Assembly: GCA_950097015.1 (NCBI GenBank)
Contig: CATNEN010000026.1
Span: 1-64,000 of the forward strand
Length of the DNA stretch: 64,000 bases
Reading direction: 5' to 3'
From: Macrostomum hystrix
Taxonomy: Eukaryota; Animalia; Platyhelminthes
Below the pieces are notes generated by a model. The model saw nothing but the letters and a program-made list of their open reading frames with translations, had not been told where the DNA came from and made no database searches. Every line of letters starts with the position of its first letter. Within the stretch, counting starts at the first letter, position 1. The position numbers were made by a program, and so were the translations under genes. Shown piece by piece: positions 26,053-38,700 of this stretch.

Positions 26053-26322
26053 CCTTCTTTGAGCGGGATTTCCCCTGTATATTTCTGCCTTTTTTATAGC
26101 TCCCAATGCGTGCCTAAATATAGCCAAATATTGAATATTTTTTTGTTTCAATATTCAATAAGGCTCAATATTCGCATAAAATAACCCAAATCAAATCGAG
26201 TGTATATATATTATGAATTTCGATTAAATCCAATAATAGTCTGCGGCAGAGTTTTTCGAAACTGATCAGCAGCCCCAGTCAAATAGGGAATTCGTTTTAA
26301 CAACAACCTAGCTATTATACCC

Positions 26323-26397
26323 TTACCTAAACCATAACCCTAAACCTAAACCTAAACCTAACCCTAAACCAAACCGTAACCCTAAACCTAACCTTAA
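26323..26397. repeat. Short telomere-like (CCTAAC/CCTAAA/CCCTAA) variant array
   Basis: CCCTAAACCTAAACCTAAACCTAACCCTAAACC... read directly. Confidence 0.7.
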
Positions 26398-27219
26398 TGT
26401 TGTGACTGATTGTGTGAGTACACTTGCCCTGCGAGCAAACCTAGCGTGAGTCACCTTATACACAAAATACAAGATACTAAATTGTGTATTTTGTATCTCC
26501 GTAATTAACCCACCCAGTTTAACTAATCTTTAGCGGTATTCTTTAATTATTCGCGCGAATTCACTGAACAAGTTTCCAAGAAATTCGACTACTTGCTTAA
26601 TTCGACTTCTTTTTCTATTCCGGTATCACGCCGTATGCTACTATGGACTATGCTACTGTAAATATTTACTGCTTTGCTTTTATCACTTATTAGACTGATG
26701 TAATATTTTATTCCTATGTTACAGTTCTTTTCATTATGACGTATTTAAATGATGTGCTTTGTGGCTGCTATCTGCAATTAAAATAGGCCTACTTTGTCTA
26801 TAGTCGCCTAGCTAGCTAACGATTAAATGATGAACAGCGAATTATATAACTATTTGACAAGCTCCTATGATTTGGCATTGCAAGCATACGATCGTATATG
26901 GAGCTATGCAGTAAATAAAAAACAGGCTAGACCTATTTCAGTTCTTATTGATTGAACAAAACTTGAGAGTGATTTAGCAAGTTTAGCTTAATGATTGCAT
27001 CTGAAATAAAAAGCAGTGAGCTAGGCCAATGAACCATAATACCGCAACCACAAGCATATTCACTGGCCACTATAGATGGTATTTTTGTGTCATTGGGCTC
27101 TTTCTATATTATTATACAGCCATACTCAGTTTTAACTTCATAAGTTAAATTAGCCTATCATATTTATTACTTTGTCCACAGATCTAGTACTGCTTCATAG
27201 ACTAGCTATATTAATTATT

Positions 27220-27734
27220 GGCAATAGTGCACTTTTGTTTGCGAAATTATTTTTTGTTTAAAATTGAAAGTTCAAAACCAGAAAAATATAACAACAAAAA
27301 AATTGATGTCTTTAACAATTATAACAATTGTGGCAGAGCACAGTCTCTCTTTTTAGCTCCCTGGTTGCCGAACTTGCCAACTCATCATTGTGTTCTAGTG
27401 GCGGATACAGAGCTTGTCACTGGGCACTGTAGTAGTGGCAAATCTAGAAAAGCATGTTTCCGAAAGCCCTGTTTGCTCTGAACAGTCGGCGCCACATAAA
27501 CTTGTGGATGTGGCCCTCGAAGAGGGCATCCCTTGTTCCATGCATAGCCCTGAATTTGGCCTTGCAATGCACCCACATTCCCTCGATTGTGTTGGTGAGA
27601 GTTGCTTAAACTTATGAGTTTATGTGGCACAAACAGCGACTAGTGTTACATTCCGTGGCTTGGTGACAAGTTCCGTGACCAGTGAGCTCTGGCACAGTTG
27701 CTAGAATTGTTTAAAACAAAAGTGCACTATTGCC
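27220..27734. mobile_element. MITE with GGCAATAGTGCACTTTT TIRs and an 8-bp TSD (Merlin-like termini)
   Basis: ~21-bp TIRs differing by one T, and a perfect TSD TAATTATT at 27212-27219 and 27735-27742. The superfamily is inferred from the GG termini and 8-bp TSD. Confidence 0.85.
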
Positions 27735-27756
27735 TAATTATTTCTTTTTATGCTAT

Positions 27757-29355
27757 CAGTGCTAGGCACTTCCGGTACTTTGTTACTTAGGAATTTACTT
27801 TTTTCTTAAAGTGTTACTTTTTTAGTTACTTTTTTCAACTGCTTTGAACAGTACTGGGTAATGGAGTAGCAACTGGGTCACTATTGGGTAATGGAGTAGC
27901 AATAACAGAGGCTTTTTTCTGTAGTCTGGTCCTCGGGTCCTCTTTTAATAGCCAAAAGCCATTAGAAACTGCTACAACACTGCTCTCCTAGCTAGTGCTG
28001 CAGTTGAGTGTGCATTCTCTGTAGCCAAGGATGTCCTATGCGGTAAACATGTGTCCTGAGCAATAGCATGCTCACAATGCTCACAAGGAATTCATTTATG
28101 CAGAATTCATTTATGCAGAATTCATTTATGCAGAATTCATTTATGCAGAATTCATTTATGCAGAATTCATTTATGCAGAATTCATTTATGCAGAATTCAT
28201 TTATGCAGAATTCATTTATGCAGAATTCATTTATGCAGAATTCATTTATGCAGAATTCATTTATGCAGAATTCATTTATGCAGAATTCATTTATGCAGAA
28301 TTCATTTATGCAGAATTCATTTATGCAGAATTCATTTATGCAGAATTCATTTATGCAGAATTCATTTATGCAGAATTCATTTATGCAGAATTCATTTATG
28401 CAGAATTCATTTATGCAGAATTCATTTATGCAGAATTCATTTATGCAGATATAATTAAAAATTATTTTTTAAATAAAGTATTTTTACAGCAAATTAAAAA
28501 AAATGGTTAGAAATTTACAATAAATTATACATTTTACTTCTTAAACACAATTTAACTTCCCTATTTACAATCCCAGCTTCATTCCATTCCAGTCTAACTC
28601 TTGTCCATTGTCAGTTGCCCATTGTTGTTCATTGTCATGTCTACGACTCATGTCAATTCTCTTCCTCTACATCCCTCTTCAACTCTTTTCAGTTGTCCAT
28701 TTTCTAGTTGTTTCCATCCTTCTATCCCTTCTCTCCATGCCTCTCCTTTCTCCTCTCCTTTCTCCTCTCCTTTCTCCATTCATCTCATTCATTCTTCTCA
28801 CACCAAAAATTGAAAATGGAAAAGTTCCCAAAGGTTGCAAACCTGTTTGTTTATGTTTTTGCATGTTTACTGTTTATGCATCAGTGGTCACACTGGCTAT
28901 CAATCTATCATATCATAATGCATATTCTAATATTCTATTCATTCATATTCACATATTGTATTGAAATTGACAATAAAATAGCAACTGACATCCTATGCCG
29001 AGAACATTTTTTTTAAGTTTATAATATTTCAACTAACCTGTCCTGTCTAACCGCTAGGCTGCAACTTTCACACCTAGCTTTTAGAAAATGAATGAAATGA
29101 ATGAATGAATGAATGGAATGAAATTCGCCATTTGGTCCTGGCAAATTTTAAGTAATTTAAATAAATTGTTTTTAAATAATTTAAAATCTGAAAATCCAAA
29201 AATCTGAAAAAAATGACATTAGTAAAAAAGTAACAGACTTAGTAATGGAAGTTACCTAAAAATCCAAAAGTACCAGTTACAAGTAACTAATGAAAAATCA
29301 TTTTTGGAGAATTTTTTAACTAAAAGTACCCTTAAAGTAACATTGCCCAGCACTG
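27757..29355. mobile_element. Non-autonomous hAT element (1.6 kb)
   Basis: TIRs CAGTGCTAGGCA and (reverse complement) CAGTGCTGGGCA, 8-bp TSD TATGCTAT, and subterminal GTTACT/AGTAAC motif clusters at both ends. Confidence 0.88.
28088..28447. repeat. Perfect 15-bp minisatellite (GAATTCATTTATGCA) x24 inside the hAT element
   Basis: 360 bp of identical units. Confidence 0.97.
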
Positions 29356-29536
29356 TATGCTATATTTATGCCAGTTAGGCTTCTCCCTTTCCACTTTAGG
29401 GTAGCATTCATTAACAGTAGGCAATGTTATACATTGTTTTGCTCAATTATTTTTTAACCTGATTCGAACTCATGTGACCACATTAGTGTGTAGTATGATG
29501 TGGCAAGGGTCACTCACATGCTGATATAGCTTTTGC

Positions 29537-31316
29537 GCCTTTGCGACCGCCCTGGGATCAGCGCAGGCACCGGACTACAGCAGAATCAGCTCAGCCATCG
29601 CCACTGCCGCTGCCAAGACTCTGCCGCTTATGGAACCCGCGTCACGGCAATTTCCAGTTTGGGCGAGCGACCCGGAGGTCCGTGAGGCCCGCCGCACTGT
29701 CGAGCAGCTGCGGCGAGCCAGGCGACCGATATCCGATGCCGAGAAGGCCCTGGCAGACGCCTACGCAAGTCGACAGAAAGCCGCTGTTGACGACGCGATC
29801 CGGGCTGTCACCTCTGTCGGGCCTGAACGGCAGAGCAGGGTCGTCTGGCCGGTCGTGAACGCCCTCACCGGTCGCAAAAAGAAGGTGGCGCTCAACCCGG
29901 CTGGCGACACTGCCGAGGAGCGCAGAAACGAGCTGCATACCTTCTTCGCCGCCGTCGACTCTGCCGAACGAGATGCCGCTGCCCCCCGTGGTGGCGCTAC
30001 CGCGGCAGGAGGACTTCGACACCAGTCCAGTGACCAGCACGGACATCGTGGAGTTCGCCCGCAGGGCACCGCGCCCCCGGTCCGGATGAGGTCCCCGTCG
30101 AGGCGCTGCGGGTCACAAGGGTTGCCACCGAGGTGGCCCGCGTGATGAACGGCGTCCTGGCGGGAGGCCCTGCGCCCCGCGAGTGGACCCAGGCCACCAT
30201 CGTCGGCATCCCGAAGAAGCCCGGCACTACGCGGAATGAGGAGCATCGCGGGATCTCGCTCATGTCCTGTGCCGCGAAGCTGTTCAACCGGGTGCTGTTA
30301 GCACGGTTACAGCCTGTGCTGGACTCGTTTCTGCGGTACGAGCAGAACGGGTTCCGGCACGGTGACTCAGATCCTGGCCCTCCGCCGCATCATCGAGGAG
30401 GCGCGCATCCACCAGTCAAGCCTTGTCGTCATCTTTGTTGACTTCCTCAAGGCTTTCGACTCGGTGGCCCGCGGCGCGCTGTCGCAAAAAGAAGGCGGCG
30501 CTCAACCCGGCTGGCGACACTGCCGAGGAGCGCAGAAACGAGCTGCATACCTTCTTCGCCGCCGTCGACTCTGTCTGTTCCGGAGAAGAAGCTGTCTGTC
30601 CTCAGCTACGCGGACGACCTGCCCTGCTGTCTACGACGGCCGAAGGCGCCCAACGGCTGCTGGATGGCCTGACTGCGGCGGCGGCGAGGGTCGGCCTCGC
30701 TTTCAACGCCATGAACACCGAGGTGCTGACGGTGCCGCATAACCTACCTGCCGAGATTCGACTACAAGACGGTGACGGCCCCGGGACCGGGCTCCCGAAG
30801 TGCCGTCAGTTCGTCTACCTCGGCGGACTGGTGCCTGACGTGGGCGACGACCTGGCGAGACGGCGCGGCAAGGCCTGGGCCGCCTTCCGTTCTGTGCGGG
30901 CGGTGCTGCTCTCCGAGGCCCTGTCGAACGGCGCCAGGTCCCAGCTGTTCCAGGCGGTTGTCGAGACCGCCCTGTTGTACAATGCTGAGACCTGGACGAT
31001 GACCGGGGCGCTCGAGGCGCAGCTCGACGCGGCGCATGCGGCCCTAGTTCGCGCCGCTTTCGGTGCCCGACGCGGCCCTGGCAGCGAGACATCCGATTCC
31101 CTCCCTGCTGCGGACATCGCAGGGACCGCGCAGGCGCGGCCTGGGTCAATCAGCCCGCTATGTCGACCGTCTTTTTGAAGACGCCCGAGCACCCAGCCAG
31201 GCGGCCGGCGTGAAGTATGTCAGAGACCTGGCTCTGAAACGCGCGATTTGACGCTCCCCCCTCTTGGCCACTTTTGTGTTCGGCTTGGGCGTAACTATTA
31301 TTATTATTATTATTAT
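29537..31316 (+). mobile_element. 5'-truncated, rearranged RTE-like LINE with an (ATT)n tail
   Basis: RT motifs IPKKPG..HRGISLMSCAAKLFNRVLLARL, QNGFR, FVDFLKAFDSV, SYADD, FVYLGG, VETALLYNAETW. Near-TSD TATAGCTTT(T)GC at 29525 and 31317. Confidence 0.85.
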
Positions 31317-32754
31317 TATAGCTTTGCAAGGTTTTAAGTGCTGATGTGGATTTATTGGGCTTAAATGCCATAGACATGTGGGCTTTGTGTGCTGTTGCTG
31401 GGGATGACTAGTGGCAAAATTTAAGAAGTGCATCTTGATTCTCCTAACAGCTAATATTTCTATGCCATGGCTGATTGGCCAGCTGCTCCATCTTGGATTG
31501 TGCCACCAAATGAGGTATGAGGTGCAGCAGAGTTACTGGATTTGTCAATGTCAACAATTACCTTTCGGGACATTTCATTACTACCCACTACCTATTTTAT
31601 TACTCTTCTGAATGACTGACCAACAGAGCATTTTCACTTGTTGCTATTTGTTTTTCCTTGTTCATTTCATTGTTTTCCAATATTCCCTGATGAGGATGTG
31701 CAATTTCATAATAAAAAATAATTATGCAAAACAAAGTACAACATTGCCCATTGTCCAAGTGGCAAGACACTCTTCTCCTATTTGCTCATAGGCTAACTGG
31801 CTTTTTGTTAAGAAAAACCTTCTAGGCTTCTCATGGGCTGAAGTTGCTCAGCCTCACACAGGATATTTGTGCTTGTCACACAGGATATTTACTTTACTTA
31901 TACTTATAGAATTTCTCTGGCCTGCTTTTTCTTCTTAGTCAAATAACACTTGAACACTTTGGGAATGGGCAAAGTTTTTCCAAGCTAGCAAGTGATTATA
32001 TTTATAGCCATAATTTGAGGTGGGTGTCATAGAGCAGTTAAAGGATAAAATATCAAAGTATTATGCCCCAGAGATTTAAATTAGCATTTTATGATTATGT
32101 TATTATTAGCTTGTCACATATGGTTACTGGTCAATTTGGACATATGGCCATATTGCCACAGAAAATTTGGTTATTGACATTGGTCTTTATGTAGACCTAT
32201 GCATATGGCCACACCACATATGCAATGCTATATATACACTTGTATAACGTATATAAAATTGTGCTAGATTGTGAATGCCCTAGACTGAATAATAACTTTT
32301 TAAATCTTGTCAGATATCTCTATAGTTTAACATATGTGTATTAGCTATAGATGGCAATGCTCAGAATCATTGTTTGTCACTGCTTTGAGTTTACAAAGCC
32401 AATGCCTTGTCTAAAAAGTTAACAATTGTCATAAAATGGTTGCTCAATTAAAATGGTTGCAAAACTGACAACTGAACATATTTGTACAACTACAAGCTAG
32501 CTTTAAGAAAATATTAAGGGGACAAAGCTATGCAGGTGGAAAATCATTGGTAGAATACAGAAACAAAATTAACAGAGTTAACAAAGTTAATAACAAAGTT
32601 ATGACATTCTACATTTGTATTAGTATATGCTGGGAGCTAGGTATTATAATTTAGTTCTACAGAAGGAAAAAATTTAAGAGCAAGTACTTTAGGTACTGAC
32701 TAATAAATGTAAATTATATTTGCTTTCAACGTTTCAGCCAAATTAGCACTAAAT

Positions 32755-35679
32755 ATGCGAATTGAAAACATAGCTAATTATGAAGAGAAGGTGAAAGATT
32801 TTGCCTCCAAGCTTCAACCTGTGGACTGTCTGCTAGTGATTGAAAATGTCCGGGTCTTCAGTGGCTCAACAAAGTGAGTAAATGAGTGTTTGATGCCCGT
32901 TAGTTTTAGACTAACAGTTTTCAGTCACCTTTTAGGCAGTGTAGAAATATTAATTTACTGACAAAATCTGCTCGCTTGATGGTTAACAGTAGGACTACCA
33001 AGCCATTTTACCGCCAGTTTTTATACCAAGGGAGAGAAACCCCTGAAACATTTTTTGGCAGCGCCTGAATGCTGGTGGTGACTGTTTGATAGGCAATGGA
33101 CTAGGCAATGGTGTACTGTGGTTGAGCTGCGCCTAATGTTTGGAGAAATTCGCGTCAGTGTGTCCACATTCGCCTATTTCCACCTGTTGTAGCCATTGAA
33201 GGTCCAGCAAATCCGTCTAGATAAAGTTAGGTGACCACCGAAGACGGAGATGATGCAGGCACATTCGGGTGACATGCTGATCAATTTTGAAGGACTGGCA
33301 AGGCCGCACTGAGGCGCATTGCTAATTTGTGTATAGGTGCATGAAATACTCTAGCGCTTATGGGAGAATCCGACCTTCGGCAAGAAACATTGAATATCTT
33401 GACGATCTGAAGAGCTGGCAACTAGGTTATTGTTTCCGATGATGCGCAACAAAAAGTTGACCCGTGTTTTGAAGTTTCGTGTGCTTGCGTTGTTCCGTTT
33501 AGGTTAATTTTGCTGCTGGGGTAACTTCGCATTTGCCATGCCTTCAGATGACTCGTCATCTACAAGTGTAATTAACAAGATGAAATTGAATTTTACCATA
33601 AGGTACATGGCCCACGCGCTGCCGCACTACGTGAAACCCTACCTGGAGAGCCTAAATGGTGCCGAAGGATTAAAATCAGATTTTGGCTGCGACGAGTTCA
33701 CTTCGCTATTCCGAGTGGTCTCATTCAATAGGGACACTGTGAAGGAGTCCTTTAGCGAAGCTCTAGGAGACCGGACACCGATGATTCATCGGGTACTGAA
33801 GCTGCTGGAGGCTGCGCAATTTGATCGCTACCCTGATCCTCACAGGTAAGAATTCAACTTTCCAAAAGTATTTTTTTCTTCCCAACATTCGTATTTTTCT
33901 TCCCCATATCTCATCTTTTCCCCCAAATCTCATCCTTTCCCCCAAATCTCATCCTTTCCCCCAAATTCCATCCTTTTCCCCCAAATCTCATTCTTTCCCC
34001 CAAATCTCATCCTTTTCCCTCAAATTCCATCCTTTTCCCATAAATCTCATCCTTTCCCCCAAATCTCATCCTTTCCCCCAAATTCCATCCTTTTCCCCCA
34101 AATTCCATCCTTTTCCCATAAATCTCATCCTTTCCCCCAAATCTCATCCTTTTCCCCCAAATCTCATCCTTTTCCCCCAAATCTCATCCTTTCCTCCGAA
34201 ATCCCATCTTCCCCCAGATGCTTATCATTCATCCCCAAATCCCATCCTATTCCTCAGATGCTTATCATTCATCCCCAAATCCCATCCTATTCCTCAGATG
34301 CTTATCATTCATCCCCAAATCACATCCTATTCCTCAGATGCTTATCATTCATCCCCAAATCCCATCCTATTCCTCAGATGCTTATCATTCATCCCCAAAT
34401 CCCATCTCATGTCTCCCACAGGAAGGAGTGCGCCAGCTCCAGCCTGCTAGCCCAGCTGGTGTCCGAGGAGTTTGCCGCCCTGTCTGAATACAGAGCTGGA
34501 CGATGTCCGTCAACGCGCCGACACGCCTGCCTGATCGTCCATAGTCGCCTCTCTCCAGACGGCCTGTCTGCGTTGGAGTCCGTTCTGAGCGCCCAGTCGG
34601 CCACACTGACCGTGCTGTCCCCTAGACTCAATCAGCAGCTAGACGAGCTCTACGAAAAGGTCAACGGCGCGGCGGGTTGCGTCGCCCTGGACGCCGTTCA
34701 ACGCAGTCCCCGCTGGGAGCTGGTTCGCCTGCCGCCTGCTATTTTTGTTGCTAGCCATTCGCAGCATCAGCAGCCTCAGCAGCTTCAGCCGCATTACAAT
34801 AGTCTTCAGCACACGCATCATTCAGATGTTCAGCTTCCTGATTCTCAGCTGCAGCAATTGCAACAGCAGCAGCAGCATCAACAGCAGCAGCTGCCAATTC
34901 CTTCGCCGCGCATTCTATGGCAAGGCACTTTCGAGTTTACCAAATCCGCCACCAGAATGTCCTTCCAGCTGCCAGTTCGCTTCGTGGAGATTCTGTCGGC
35001 GCCTGATCAGCCGCCAAATCCTTGGAGCTTTCATCATTTTGAGCAGAACAAGCAAACCGCCAGTTGTGCAATTCTAAAGCCGGAACTTCATCCCACTGTC
35101 GAGGATCACTTTCGCAAATATCCCAGCTTTTATCGGGTGCAAATTGTTCCCATCAATGGGGAAGATGTGCAGCACTTTTTGGACACTTTTGGATCCTGTG
35201 TGAGTCTTCAGAGCTTGAGTTCCAGAAACTAAGAGAGAGAGAGAGTAGGGTGAGGATATGAGAGAGTAGGGTGAGGATATGAGAGAGTAGGGTGAGGATA
35301 TGAGAGAGTAGGGTGAGGATATGAGAGAGTAAGGTGAGGATATGAGAGAGTAGGATGAGGATATGAGAGAGTAGGGTGAGGATATGAGAGAGTAGGGTGA
35401 GGAAATGAGAGAATAGGGTAAGGATATGATAGTAGCGTGTTTTAAGATAAACGCTATAACGCTTACTAAATCCTGAACCGCCGCCAGATGGCCCTTGTCT
35501 ACAGTGAGCTGAAACACATGGCAAATAATCCCTACGTTGTTCGCTTCATGATTGCCCGTTTCGACCCGCAATTTAATCACGTTGTGGCCGCCATTCCGTC
35601 CGATCAAGGAAAATTTCTTGCCGATTTTCAAGCTGGCATGCAGCACCAGAAACAACAGCAGCAACAGCAGCAGCTACAG

Positions 35680-35713
<34 letters not shown>

Positions 35714-35715
35714 TA

Positions 35716-35746
<31 letters not shown>

Positions 35747-38700
35747 AGCAGCAGCAGCAGCAGCAACATACCGGCATGCAGATGCAGTCACATGTTGTAG
35801 TGATGAGTCCGTACAGCGCGGACCAGTACGCCATGCAAACTGGTCAACACCCAATGCAGGCGGTGCATTTGCAATCGGTATGTTACTTTGATATGCCTTC
35901 AGAATATGATTTCCAACAGCATTTGCTTGTGTTACTAGCCGAATTATTCACTTTAAAGCCTATGCTCTCGCAAGTGGACTTAATTACTGCTCTTTTAGTA
36001 TTTTCTTTTACTATTTACTCCACAAAAAATCATTGACAGCTGTACCAAAATTCATTAACAACTGTACCAAAAACCATTGACAGCTGTACCAAAAACCATT
36101 GACAGCTGTACCAAAAACCATTGACAGCTGTACCAGAAACAATTGACAACTGTACCAAAAACCATTGACAGCTGTGCCAAAAACCATTGACAGCTGTACC
36201 AAAAACCATTGACAGCTGTACCAAAAACCATTGACAGCTGTACCAAAAGCTATTGCCAGCTGTACCAAAATTCATTGACAGCTGTACCAAAAACCATTGA
36301 CAACTTTACCTAAAATAATTGACAGCTGTACCTAAAATAATTGACAGCTGTACCTAAAATCATTGACAGCTGTACCTGAAATAATTGACAGCTGTACCAA
36401 AAGCTATTGCCAGCTGTACCAAAAACCATTGACAACTGTACCAAAAACCATTGACAGCTGTACTGAAAATAATTGACAGATGTACCGAAAGTCATTGACT
36501 TCCTTAGCCATAAGCATACTTGTAGATGTTTCACGGAAAGTACTTTCTTTGTTATAAGTAAGTGTAGATATACGAGCTAATTTCGCTATTGGCTTTGGTC
36601 TAGACTAAACCCTTACCAATGCGACTGATATAAAACTGTTTCCAGCTGCCGCTTGCATCGTCCCAGATAATTATCAAGACAGTAAGCTGCAGTTAAAAGC
36701 CTTAGCTGACCTAGTTTTTATTTCTTGTTTCAGGTTAAATAGACTTACTAATTCATTCGCTTTCTGTTCGTCTTCTTAAGCTTCGCTGAGAAAATTACAG
36801 ATCCGCAAAGTTTTGACCTTTAATGTTCCTTTCTTTACACCTGTTGTATTTTAAACCTTGTGGCTTTCAAAATTTCATTACTATCCTATTTTGAGCGGCT
36901 GTATGAGTACACTCAACTCATGTGTCAGCCTATCCTATTTTAGCTTTACTCCATCGTATCGTTACAATTCAACTCTGCTCTTTTCGGCTTCCGTGTTCTG
37001 ATTGTAAATTTTAAATTTATTCTATTCCTTTTTTCAGAAAGAAAAGTATTCTTGTTTGCTTTTAAACACATACTATCTGCTCCTTCAATAAATGTTTTTT
37101 GAAGGTCCTTTAGCGTGTCACTGACTCATCCAGCCTGTCACTGACCCATCCAGCCTGTCACTGACTCATCCAGCCTGTCACTGACCCATCCAGCCTGTCA
37201 CTGACCCATCCAGCCTGTCACTGACCCATCCAGCCTGTCACTAACTCATCCAGCCTCTCACTGACTCATCCAGCCTCTCACTGACTCATCCAGCCTCTCA
37301 CTAACTCATCCAGCCTGTGACTGACTCATCCAGCCTCTCACTGACCCATCCAGCCTGTCACTGACTCATCCAGCCTGTCACTGACCCAACCAGCCTGTCA
37401 CTGACCCATCCAGCCTGTCACTGACCCATCCAGCCTGTCACTGACCCATCCAGCCTGTCACTAACTCATCCAGCCTCTCACTGACTCATCCAGCCTCTCA
37501 CTGACTCATCCAGCCTGTCACTAACTCATCCAGCCTCTCACTGACTCATCCAGCCTCTCACTGACCCATCCAGCCTGTCACTGACTCATCCAGCCTGTCA
37601 CTGACCCATCCAGCCTGTCACTGACCCATCCAGCCTGTCACTGACCCATCCAGCCTGTCACTGACCCATCCAGCCTGTCACTGACTCATCCAGCCTGTCA
37701 CTGACCCATCCAGCCTGTCACTGACCCATCCAGCCTGTCACTGACCCATCCAGCCTGTCACTGACCCATCCAGCCTGTCACTGACTCATCCAGCCTGTCA
37801 CTGACTCATCCAGCCTGTCACTGACTCATCCAGCCTCTCACTGACTCATCCAGCCTCTCACTGACTCATCCAGCCTGTCACTGACTCATCCAGCCTCTCA
37901 CTGACCCATCCAGCCTGTCACTGACTCATCCAGCCTGTCACTGACCCATCCAGCCTGTCACTGACCCATCCAGCCTGTCACTGACCCATCCAGCCTGTCA
38001 CTGACCCATCCAGCCTGTCACTGACTCATCCAGCCTGTCACTGACTCATCCAGCCTCTCACTAACTCATCCAGCCTGTCACTGACTCATCCAGCCTCTCA
38101 CTGACCCATCCAGCCTGTCACTGACTCATCCAGCCTGTCACTGACCCATCCAGCCTGTCACTGACCCATCCAGCCTGTCACTGACTCATCCAGCCTCTCA
38201 CTAACTCATCCAGCCTGTCACTGACTCATCCAGCCTGTCACTGACTCATCCAGCCTGTCACTGACCCATCCAGCCTGTCACTGACCCATCCAGCCTGTCA
38301 CTGACCCATCCAGCCTGTCACTGACCCATCCAGCCTGTCACTAACTCATCCAGCCTGTCACTGACTCATCCAGCCTGTCACTGACTCATCCAGCCTCTCA
38401 CTAACTCATCCAGCCTGTCACTGACTCATCCAGCCTCTCACTAACTCATCCAGCCTGTCACTGACTCATCCAGCCTGTCACTGACTCATCCAGCCTCTCA
38501 CTGACTCATCCAGCCTGTCACTGACTCATCCAGCCTGTCACTGACCCATCCAGCCTGTCACTGACCCATCCAGCCTGTCACTAACTCATCCAGCCTGTCA
38601 CTGACTCATCCAGCCTGTCACTGACTCATCCAGCCTCTCACTAACTCATCCAGCCTGTCACTGACTCATCCAGCCTCTCACTGACCCATCCAGCCTGTCA

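Noticed and set aside
33000-33540. Possible degenerate LINE fragment in MED25 intron 1
   Set aside because: Only vague motif resemblance across several broken frames.
35552-35854. Poly-Cys, poly-Ala and poly-Ser ORFs (also poly-Leu/Ala at 54963-55541)
   Set aside because: Alternative-frame or antisense readings of the CAG/CAA polyQ exons.
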